A stretch of DNA of 64,000 nt from Callorhinchus milii. Taxonomy: Eukaryota. Under the pieces are notes generated by a model, which was given only the letters and a program-made list of their open reading frames with translations, searched no databases and was not told where the DNA came from. The translations under genes and the position numbers were made by a program. Below are positions 24,301 through 36,300 of the stretch, piece by piece (the stretch's first letter is position 1; every line of letters begins with the position of its first letter). Location: positions 25,236,001 through 25,300,000 of the forward strand of contig NW_024704743.1 in NCBI RefSeq assembly GCF_018977255.1. Reading direction: 5' to 3'.

Positions 24301-27300
24301 TTGCGTAGTGTTCATTTGTCCTTTGCACTGAATCTCAACCCCTGAATCCCCTCCGCCGTGTCAGAGATGGAGCTCGTGAATTCACCTGTGAGACAAGTGC
24401 TTTTTTGTAATAATAATCCTTGCATTTGGTATAGCACCTTATCACGTCTTTGATACGTCTCAAAGCACTTCACAGAATATACTGCATAGGGAATTAACTG
24501 TATATTTTGTGGGTGAAACACGGCAGCCAAGTGTGAAGAGCAGTGTCCCACAAACAATTGCCAACTGAGTGACCAAATTATTTTTAATTATTTTAAAGGA
24601 ATTACTACCCCTTGGAAAAGTGATCTCCCAATCGACAAACAACTGGGTTCCTATTTACTGCTAGGTAAACAGAGGCGTGTGGAGTAAGGAAACTTGCCCA
24701 TTGTTTTGCACTGCCGGGAATCAAACCCAGGTCTCTCGCTTGCGAAGTGAGTGCTCTAACCACTGAGCTACAGGACTCACTCCACAGCACAGCCACTGGA
24801 GAGCAAATTAACCATGCTCCACCTCCCTATTAATTCAACTCCCTCTCATGTTGATGGCCGACCATCCCTCAGGGTAGCTCCTCCAATTATCACCATCAGT
24901 ACAGTACAAACAGGCCAGGGGAATGCTTAGTTACACTCACTCTTCCAAGATACTGGTATGTAATTATCAAAGCAGTGAGAAATCTAGTCCAAGCCATTGG
25001 ATTTATAATAGTAATGATTTAATAATAATTTGGTCACTCAATTCATGACTATGAGTGGGACACTGCTGTTTGACTGCCGTGTTTCACCACAAAATAAACA
25101 GTCAATTTACTTTACAGTATATTCTGTGAAGTGCTTTGAGACGTCTCAATGATGTGATAAGGCACTATAGCAAAATGCAAGGATTATTATTATGAAGGAA
25201 GATTTATACATGAGACACTGTACAAAAACTTTTATATTAACAATAATATATTCTGTGAAGCGCTTTGTGATGTCTCGAAGATGTGATAAGGCACTACATC
25301 AAATGCAAGGATTATTATATAATCACTCCGAGACGGGCACTGTATAAATCCAAGTTACAAAATAATAATAATGCAAGTTATATAATATCAGGGGTGGAGC
25401 TTGATGCCGAACCAGGGAGAGAGGGCTCATAACCGTGCAAAACACACAATGCTTTTATTTTAAACCCACAGGACTACTTACCATAAATGACGCAGACTTC
25501 TGTTTACTTTAAGCATCACTGCCATTCTCTCTGCCGCTTCATCATTCAGCTGGTTTTCTGTCATCCTATTTCATAAAGAATATTAAAGATTCTCTATATC
25601 GCCATTTTCCATTTTCCAATCATAATTAAATACAGTTGTATATTCCCTCCCCCCTCCCTTCGCCTCTCCCCCATACCCACTTGAAATAGGGAGTGACTAG
25701 CAGGTTAAACCTAACAAGAGCTATTTACAAACTGGAAAAGCCCTGGGCACAGCTCCAATAGTGCATTAAATCCTTACCAAAATATCTGAAGGCAGTTATT
25801 CTGTTCCAGTGCTGCAGCTAAGATTTTCCCTCCATCTGCAGAAATGTCATTGCCTGCAAGGCTGGATAAAGAACATCGATGTTGTTACCTCGTAGAAATG
25901 ATACCTTTTGGATAAGACATATCAAGCATGATACTTGAGCACGACCTGATTTGTGACCCTGCCCTCATGAACCAAGTCTCTATATTCGTGGAGTCCTGTG
26001 GCTCAGTGGTTAGAGCACTCGCTTTGCAAGCGAGAGACCTGAGTTCAATTCCAGGCAGAGGGCGAAACCTTGGGCAAGTTTCCTTACTCCACACGCCTAA
26101 TAATAATCCCTCCAAAAAAAAATAATAATAAATTGGTCATTTTCAATCTACGACTGTTTGTGGGACATTGCTGTGCACAATTGGCTGCCGCGTTCGCCCA
26201 CAAATATACAGTCAATTTACTTTACAGTGTGTTCTGTGAAGTGCTTTGGGACGTCCTCCCGACGTGAAAAGCGCTATATCAAATGCAAGGATTATTATTA
26301 TTATAGTCGGAACTGTTCTATAACTGGCCATCTTTAGAAATTGGTAAGGAAGTGGTTCATGAAGACAGGGTTACATACCAGATTAGTCCATGAAGTTAGA
26401 ATTGACCTCCTGTCAGGAAATCACCTCCAGGAAATGTTACTTGAGAGGAATGAGCTGGATTCTCCCTCCTCTCTTCAGTGGGCTATTCTGCATGAGGTTC
26501 CATCTACTGGTACCTCAGTCGTGAATGCGAGAAGAGGGAACTAGACTTGAACATGACTAATTGCTTACTGTGGGACTTAAGGGAAATATAATTCAGAGTT
26601 CACCCTTTTTGATCTATATCCAGTGATCCCTGGGATTTGTGAATATCAGAATTGGGCTAAATTTCAATTCTCCTTCCCTCTCGAGTCAGGAGTTTGTGAG
26701 TTCAAGACTCATTTTGGGTCGTGGAAAACTCCCTTCTCTTTTGAAAGAGCAACAATCCAGTGCATAGCTGGGTGTGTGCTGCATTGTTCGAGCTACCGTG
26801 TTTTTGATGAGACGTTAAACGGGGGTCCATCTGCCTGTTCAGGTGGATGACAAAGATCTCATGGTACTATTTCAAAAGAGAAAGGAGTTTCTCCCAGTGT
26901 TCAGGCCAGCAATGTTGTTTGATAAATTTGGTCATTGACTTCGTGTCTGTTTGAGCGACATTGCTGTGCGCAAATTGGCTGATGCTTTTGCTCACAAAAG
27001 TCATTCTGTTTTACAATATATCCTGTGAAGTGTTTTGGGACGTCCTCCCGATCTGAAATGCGCTATAACAAATATCAGGATTATTATTATTAATATTATA
27101 TGTCCCAGCCCCTTGTGAGGCAAAGTTCTAATGGATAGGGCGCTCCTTTATTTGGATGAACGTGAGTTGATGCGCTGTTACGATTATGTCGTCAGTACTG
27201 GAAAGAATGTACATACCTCAGCTCATATAAAGCGGGATGGTGTCGCAAAGCTTCAGCAAAGGCGACTGCTCCCGGGTCCCCAATCTTGTTGCCCCACATC

Positions 27301-30300
27301 CTGTCAATCAATTCCAGGGATTTATCAAGTCACAAGACATGCAAACAAGGCCGGATGTACAGTGTGTAAATTCAAAGAGAAAAAACACATGACCGATAGT
27401 GCTCATTTCCCTTTCAAGAGAGAGCTGTTTTAGGCTTTTATTGTTGACATATGTCTGTCTGTATACCATTTAAATGAAGTTTGGACCGGAGTTTCTAAAT
27501 GAGTATTGCCAATAGGAGAAGTAAAAATTTGTGCTGAACTTTAAAGGAACAATAAAACTTAATTGGAATGAAAATACCGTAACAAATATATGAAGACCCT
27601 TTTCTATACTCACCCTATATCCCTGAAAGCCTTGTTTTTCTGAATTGCTTGTGCCAGTAATATCCCTCCTTTACTTGTAAGCTTGTTGAGTCCAATTCTA
27701 CAATAAAAATTGGGTAAAACTTTACAAAATGGAGTTTAAAAAAGTTTCTGAATATTATACTATTACAAATATTGTAACCCTTTCTGTTAAAAAAAACTTT
27801 TTTTTAAAGTCACCAGGTATCCGACATATGTGAAAATCCATCACTATGCTTGAGAGGTGCCAAACCAGAGGGGTTCTGCATATATATACCTTTATATACA
27901 TAAAATATTCTCTGTGCTTGAAATGGAATGTGCACTCAGTCTCTGGAAAACACACCGTGCTTACAACACAAATTTAGATGGCACCCTTCAAGTCAGAGGT
28001 CATCCAGGGCCCTTAAGAGTACTGGTTGGACTCCAGAGCTGGGTGCAGAAGCTCTTGAGGGTGGGAGGAGATGTCAGAAATAGTTGTCAAAGAGGTAGTT
28101 CTTGAGACCTTGAACAAGATGAGAAAAGGATCTAATGACTTAATTATTAACAAAGAGTTGGGCAAGTTTCCTTACTCCATACGCTGTTGTTTACCTAGCA
28201 GTAAGTAGAATCTGGTAGTTAGTCGATTGGCAGATCGTTTTTCCGGGGTTAATAAATCTTTCTAAGAAAAAATAATAATTTGGTCACTTAATCCACGACT
28301 GTTTGTGGGACACTGCTGTGCGCAATTGGCTGCCAAGTTTTGCCCACAAAATATATAGTCAATTCACTTTACAGTATATTCTGTGAAGCACTTTGAGATG
28401 TCTCGAAGACGTGATAAGGCGCTGTATCAAATCCAAGGACTATTATTATTTTATTTATTATTATTAGGTATAAATTGTCAAAAGCCATGGCATGGCTTGG
28501 GAACCCAGAATGTGGATTGGGAGGTTACTGCTGCAATTTAAACAGATAAAATAACATAGCTTGTCATTGCTGTTTTAACTTGTATTGTAAACAGCTTGTT
28601 TGGGAGTTTTGTTAAATGCAGTTTGATTTGATTTATTTCATGCTAAACATATGGGTGATACAGAGATGCCAAATATTTGTTATCAGTAAAAACTCTTCTT
28701 ACTTTAAAGTTCTAAGACTTGAACATTCTTCAACCACTCTGGCAATGTACTGGGCACCGACATCAGTGATCTGATTCCTGTACAGACTAAAGTGAAAACA
28801 TGTCTCATTTAGCAATAAAGAAAATGAATAAGTTATAGACTGATTGTGATTCTCATACAAACAGTTTGAAAATCTTCGGTCCTTTAGTAGTCAATAAGTT
28901 TGCAAAGTAAGTTTAAAAGTATTTAAATACAAACTTATTGACTTGCAAAGCCAATAAGTTTGCAAAAATGTCAGAACCATAACATTTAATATGACTTACA
29001 TAAAGTCCAAGTTGCAGGCAAACTTGGGTAAATCGTATAAAATCTGATTTAATCAATAATCTAGACTGCACACGCATAATTCAATGCAGCCGGTAAGTGT
29101 GAATGCGGTATTTTGTCACTGCTCATGCGGTGACAAGTCAAGACTATGTTTCCTGCAATTCAACGGCCTTGACCCGACCCTATGTGCACTTGCCGGCTGC
29201 ATTGCATTCACAGGAGATAAAGTTTTTCCATGCATGGGTGGAATCAAGACTACATTTCTCGTGATTCATCGCAGCCGGCTGATAAGCGCAAATGCGTCAA
29301 TGAGCCAGAGCGTCGTTTCCTGCAATCCAATGCAGTAAGTGCGGGATCAATGGAGGCCAGGGGAGAGAGCGGCCTTACGAGTTATGAGGTGAATGATATG
29401 AGCAATGCAAAGAAATTTAAGTGGTTTTGATAGGAAACTGAATGGAACTCGGGTGCATATGTGGCTTAGGTGATTATACAATTTATAAAGCTAAGACTTA
29501 TGCGAGCTTAACTGTCCAAGCAGTGCACAACTTGGTTGTGCATTATGTATTCAAATAAGGTTCCGCAAAATCTGGGAATTAAAAATGTTCTTTATACTTG
29601 ATGAAAAGAATTAAGAGATTCACATGGCCTGAGGTTAGCTGTTGTGACACTTGGGATACGCACAAAGCATGGGCTGATAAGTGTATGCTTAGGTTCCAAA
29701 GGGTAAGACTTCTGCTTGGTAACATCTACTGCAAGAGGCAATTGTGTTGAATGTTCAGAACAGAAATTAGAATGAACCTCACCAGCTTTCACTGGAATTC
29801 ATTGCTTGAATCTAGTAATCCTGCAATATGCAGCAATATTCTTCAAGTCCAAAATTCATTAATCAAAGTAGGTACAATTCAAAGAATATAAAATTAACAA
29901 ATGGTTATGTAGAGCATTAATCTATTTATAAACACAATTTGAAGTTTATCCTTCGGATGAGATGTTAAATTGAAGCCCGGTCTGCTCGTTCGGATGGATG
30001 TTAAAGATCCCATGGCGCTATTCAAAAAGAGAAAGGAGTTTCGCGCAGAATCCTGGCCAACAACGCTCCAATAAAATTGGTCACTCACTTGATGACTGCT
30101 TGTGGGACATTGGCTGTGCGCAACTTGTCTGCCGCATTTGTCCACAAAATATAGTCACTGCACTTTACAGTATATCTTATGAAGTTTGGGACATCCTCCT
30201 GACGTGAAAGTCGCTCTACCAAATGTAATGATTATTATTATTTAGGTTTATGCTTACCCAAGAAATTTTATAATTTTGTACTTTGTAAGTTCGTCAGCCA

Positions 30301-33300
30301 GTACTTTCGCTCCATCATCTGTGACCTGGTTTACACTCAACCTGCATTTAAAAACAATGCACATTTGAATGGCTTACGGCAGGTTTACAGCAGATATAAG
30401 ATTCTTTTAAATTATATATGAAGCTATGGTAGTATTGATATTAATGCCATGTTAATTCATCACGACACTGACATTCAGTTTGCTAACCTTTTGAGGAAGT
30501 GCAAAAAATTACGCGCATTCACCACAACTAAATGAGCTAAATTTCTGACTTGTAAATTGCTTTGCTCAGTATCTGTTTTTAAGCTTGTCCCATGAAATCA
30601 AATGAAAAAAATGGGGTAGGCAACACTGGTCATTAAAGTTACTTATAATAGAAACTTCACTAACCAGTGTAATTTTAGCACCTGGAAATGTAGTAGAGTA
30701 TGCAAGCTTAATTCTTTGTACTTTATTTGTGGGAGAGAGGAGATAAAGGAGTCTTCATGGGGTTGAAAGAGGCTCCGAGGACACGTCTGGAGTAATTGAA
30801 TGGTCCATCAATGAGTTATGGAAGTGTAGTGCAGTACACCAAAGCCCAAATGGCTAATGCAATCCTTAGCTTGATACGTATTGTTAAATTTACCTGTGCT
30901 TCAAGCTCTGCATTAAATTATTATTTATTATTATGTCTCAGTGTACATGGGACATTTGGTGTGAAAGAATGTACAACAAAACAATGTTGCACTTCTTGGA
31001 AATAATAATCCAGTTTAATGGAGAGATGGGTAGGTTTGCACTTTGACAGTGCTTTCCAACAGATGAAATTCAACCTGAATTATGTTTCCTTCACAGAGGA
31101 GACTCCATCTGTTCCACTGTTTACTGTTCCACTGTTTGTGGAGCCCTGTAGCTCAGTGATTAGATCACTTGCCTCGCAAGCGAGAGACCTGGGTTCAATT
31201 CCCAGCAGAGCGAAATGTTGGGCAAGTTTCTTTACTCCACATGCTTCTGTTTACCTAGCAGTAAGCAGGAACCCAGTTGTTAGTCGAATTGGTGGATCGC
31301 TTTTCCAGAGGTAATAATTCCTTCCAATAAAATAATAATAAATTGGTCACTGAATTCATGACTGTTTGTGGAACACTGCTGTGCAAAATTGGCTGCTACG
31401 TTTCGCCCACAAAATATACAGTCAATTCACTTTATAGTATATTCTGTGAAACGCTTTGAGAAGTCTCGAAGATGTGATAAGGCACTATATCAAATGCAAA
31501 GATTGTTATTATTAGAATGGTTTCAAAAAATATACCTTTCCAACACACCTACAATCCAACACTTAAACCTTCATTTAGCATTAAATATCTTTCACATCTT
31601 TCAACATAGGTAAATATATCTTCTATTCCTTTAACATATGCAAAACAAGTTTTGTAAATTTCTAAATGAAATTAAGTGAAAAGAATAACAGAAATATTTT
31701 TTGTTTCTGAAAAGACTCAAACTCTTAAAATCAAACAATATCACTTACATTGAATGCATTTATTTTCACTTTTGTTAGGGACAAGGTTTTTAATATCCAT
31801 GTCCATTGGCCAGAAATTTCTCTTGCTGCTAACTAGCATTCATGACATTGTGCACTTCTAAGGTGATTTTCCAATTACAAACCCACATTTGAACCTCCTT
31901 TTATAATGCAAAGGGTTTATTTTCTGAAGTTCCGTTTGCTAACGGAGAGGAGTGAGAGGAATTATATTTGAAGCAGAGAAGAATGAACGAACTTTCTACA
32001 GGATTATTTTACATAGGAAATTTAAGATTAAGTTGTTTATTCCCACAAAATAACTCGATATTACATCTTTGTTGTGGCTAGAATGAATAAGACATTAACT
32101 AAGGCTGCTTTCCATAACCACAGCTTGTGATGTGTTTTTTTGTGATGTTTGGGCCTCTCCAAACCGCAGAGCAAATTGAACCAGATTGGAATTGGGATGG
32201 GGGTTAGTGTGGACTTATGTTAAGTAAAGAGGCGAGGACCACTGACCCTGACCACTTGGACGCAGTTTGTCAGTTGGGAACACTCATGGATTCATACAGT
32301 ACAAGTTGCATTTAAACCAGCGATGGATCTTCTTCACAAAAGCATGTAAAATGAAATTTACCTGACCACGGTGAGCTTACTGAAACAGGGGATTAGTTCT
32401 TTCACTCCATAGTCGTTGATGTTGTTGTTGTCTAGTTCAAGCGCAATTTGCTCTTTGCGGTGTTGTAAAATGTTTGCAACAGCGCTGCAGTCAGCAGAAC
32501 AGGCGTTGCAGAAGGTCAATTTTAAGTAGTCGGCACAAATCCCCTTGGCTGCAAGCTTGGCAACTTCTTCACTCTGCGTTTCAAATATGTATCTCATCAA
32601 CCATACAAATTGAGGCAGAGCCTGCACTCTGCTATACTCTTCCAGCTGTGATCGGGGAAGAGACTTTAAGTGTGATCTGACCTCTTTGGCCAGGTAAGAC
32701 TTCAGTGCTAACCTCTTCTTCTGGATTATTCCTGCAGGAGCCAAATGTTTGAAGACATCTCGGTTACTTTTTGACACCAGGCCACAAAGGAAAAGAACAG
32801 TGAACTGATAGTGCTCAGTGCTTTCAAAAGGATCTTTTTTCTGATTCCTGTTGGAGCCCAGGCATTGTAACGCAAAGACACTTCCTTTTTCCTCAATCCT
32901 GTACTTATCACGTTCGGCAAAAAAATTTATCATTTCCTTTACGCTGATTTCATCATCTATGACTAAACAGAAAGCAGTGAAAAATGACTGCAGGGTCAAG
33001 TGAAGGAACTCATAAGTGGTTTGGTTCCCAAGACCATCGTAATGGCCAGCAGCTTTGATGAAACCCAATTGCAAGTCCTGCTCAGAGATATCTGCTTCTG
33101 TGATTTGCTCCTGGTTGAAGAGAAAGTTTCTGTTTTCGATTCCCTCTTTTGCTAGTTTTCCAAATCGCATTAGACTGTCCCTTCTCATTCTGAACGTCTC
33201 AGTTGGACTTTTGTTTCTTCTGTTCAATGTTACCTTTGAGGAGCGATTCAGGAAAACCTCCAGCATCAGTAGGTAAACATCGGTCAGTGTGATATAGTCT

Positions 33301-36300
33301 GAAAGCTGGTAGGTGTCGGGCATGTTCAGAATGTGCTCATAGCATTTAAATATAATCCAGCAGAAGAGTGGCACTGAACACAGGGTGCACAGGTGAGGGT
33401 TTGCTTCCAGCTGGGTCAAGACTGAACTTTGATAATTCTTGTTTTTGAAAAACTTCTTCAAATACTGCAGCAAATTGTCCTTCGAAAATCCTTTCAATAC
33501 GACTTTCTTCCTCACGATTCTCAGCGGCAGAATTGTGCCAGTTCTGGCTGTCAATACCTTTTTAGAACCTTTTAATAATTTTCCTCGGAGAAGGTTCATC
33601 AACAAGGCCACAGGGTGAGTGGGGACAAAGGGCGAGGAAATGTCAGGGATGTCGTTCACGTCACAGTCAATGTTAATCTCATCAAACCCATCCAGTGTGA
33701 AGAGGACAGACTCAGCATGTTGACAGATATATCTGAAGATTTCATCCACGTCTCGGTCAGGGTAACAGTTGTACTTGAAGAGCAAATCCTTGAGTGAAAT
33801 CTTGTCTTCCTCCTTAAAGCTATTAAATATTCGGCACCTGAATTTGAAGAAGAATTTGACATCAGCACACAGCTCTCCTTTGGACCACAAGCTCTGCAGT
33901 TTCTGAAGCAGAATAGATTTACCAACCCCAGCGTCACCGGTTACAATCACCGTTTCTGACTCTTCACTGATAACTCCAAACGCACTGAATAATTCATCCA
34001 AACAGGACAGCATTCCTTTGGGTTCATTGACATTGTTGATTAATTCCATCAGTGTCTCCGTGTATGTATCTTCAAACAAGGTGTCCTGCTTTTGGGCATA
34101 TGAAGTGACATATGTTGTATCTTGTTGAAGATCAAGCTTCATCTTTCGAATGTACTGAAAGACTAGGCACAAGAAAAGCAATCAAAGTTATGGTCTCAAT
34201 TGGAGTCAGATATAAGATAGTCATAGAATCATAGAATTATGCAGCACAGAAGGAGGCCATTCGGCCCATCATGTCTGTGCCGGCTTCCCACTTTTCCGTT
34301 TCTCCTCATAGCCCTGCAAACTTATTCTCCCCAAATAATGATCTACTTCTCTCTTAAAAATTGTTACCGAATCGGCTTCCATCACTTGGAAATTGTACTC
34401 CCTATACCCAAGTCCAGGTCATTTATATAGATCAAGAACAGCAGTGGTTCCAATACTGATCCCTGGGAAACTGCACACTTCCCTCCAGTCAGAAAAACAA
34501 CTGTCCACCACCACACTCTGCTTTCTGTCTCCCAGGCAGTTCGGTATCCATGCTGCCACTGTCCATTTAATACCGTGGGCTTCTATTTTGCTTACAAGTC
34601 TCTTATGTGGCACTTTATCAAACGCCTTTTGAAAATCCATATAAACTACATCAACTGCACCACCTTCATCCACCCTCTCCGTTGCTTCATCAAAAAAACT
34701 CTTATCAGGTTTGTTAGACATGAATTGCCTTGAAAAAAATCTGTGCTGAGTGTCCTTTATTAACACATATTTTCTAAGTGAAAATTTATTTTGTCCCACA
34801 TTATAGTCTCTAGAAGTTTACCTCTGGCACCACCCGGTGTCCAAGTAGGATTGAAAGATTGTGGCCAGATCCTTTGTTCTTTCCACCCTTACTTCCCTGA
34901 GTAACCTAGTCTGGACCGGATGACTTATGTACCTTGAGCACTGCCAACCTTTTTAGTACATCCTCTCGGTTTATTCTTATCTTGTCCAATTTCTCTACCC
35001 TCTCCTGCCATACTGTGGCATAGGCTGCATCCTCTTCTTTTGTGAAGACAGATGCAAAGTACTCATTCAATACATCAGCTATGCCTTCTGCCACCACAAG
35101 AAGATTTCCTCTTTGGTCCCTAATTGGACCCATCCTACCTTTTATTCTTTATATACTTACAAAATACCGAGGGTTCCCTTTTATGTTACCCACTAATCTT
35201 TTTTCATACTTTGCCCCTCTTATTTCGGTTTTCAGTTCTCTGTACTTTTTATATTTTATTTGATTATCTTCTATATTTTGGACCTGACATTTATCATAAG
35301 CCTCCTTTTTCTGTTTTATTTTAATCCCAATTTCCTTATTCATTCAGGGAGGTTTGGATGCCCTACCCATCCCCTTTGTGGGAATGTATTTGTTCTGACC
35401 CCAAACTATCTCCTCCTTGAAGGCTTCCCATTGCTTGTTAGCTGTTTTACCTGCCAATCTTTCTTTCCAGTCCACCTTGGCTAGGTCTCTTTTTAACTTA
35501 TTGAAATTAGTCCTCTTCCAGTTGAGTATCTTCACCTTTGATTGTTCTTTGTCCCTTTCCAAAGTACTATAAACCTAATGATGTTGTGATCGCTGTTGTC
35601 TAGGTGTTCTCCTACTGAAACCTGCTCCACTTGCCCCACTTCTTTCCCCATAACTAGATCAGCACTGCTTCCTTCCTCGTTGGGCTGGAAACATACTGAT
35701 CCAGAAAGTTATCCTGCAAACATTTCAGGAATCCTTCCCCTTCCTTGCCCTTTACACTGTTACTTTGTCAGTCTATGTTAGGACAATTGAAGTCCTCGAT
35801 TATCACTACTCTGTAGTCGGGAGCGGAGGTAGGAGAGCGCGGGGCGGAGCCGAGGCTTAGCCATGTATATAAAGCACAGCCAGGTGAGGAGCCGCTCAGT
35901 CGGGAGTGGAGGTAGGAGCTGAGGTAAGTGAGGGGGTGGGGCAGGCGCGTTTCACAAAGTGATGTCGGCTTGACGTCACAGTTAATAAAAAAGTTTTTTA
36001 AAAAAAAAAACCAGCAACAACAGTAACAATGGCCTGGCAGCCACTGCCACTCGGCCATGACCTGGGAGGCTAAGCCTGCGGGCTGATGCCGTCTTGCTGA
36101 TCGCTCGCTCCCGGTCACTACGTGCGCATTTTGGCTGCCGCCCCGACCCGAGCCTGCCCCTGAATGTCTCTCCTCCCATCCCCCTCTATGTCTCTCCTCC
36201 CATCCCCTTCTATGTCTCTCCTCCCAACCCCCTCTATCCGCTACTGCCCCTCTGTCCTTCTCTCTCAGCGCCCTCACTGCCTTCTCTCTCTCCTCGACCC

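Noticed and set aside
25990..26065. tRNA gene (Ala-like, TGC)
   Set aside because: It is the head of a multi-copy SINE, continuing into the SINE core without a proper acceptor stem or terminator.
11389..34103. Recent segmental duplication or haplotig duplication of the whole gene
   Set aside because: Introns, CARD, HD2 and LRR exons are strongly diverged; only part of one exon is near-identical.
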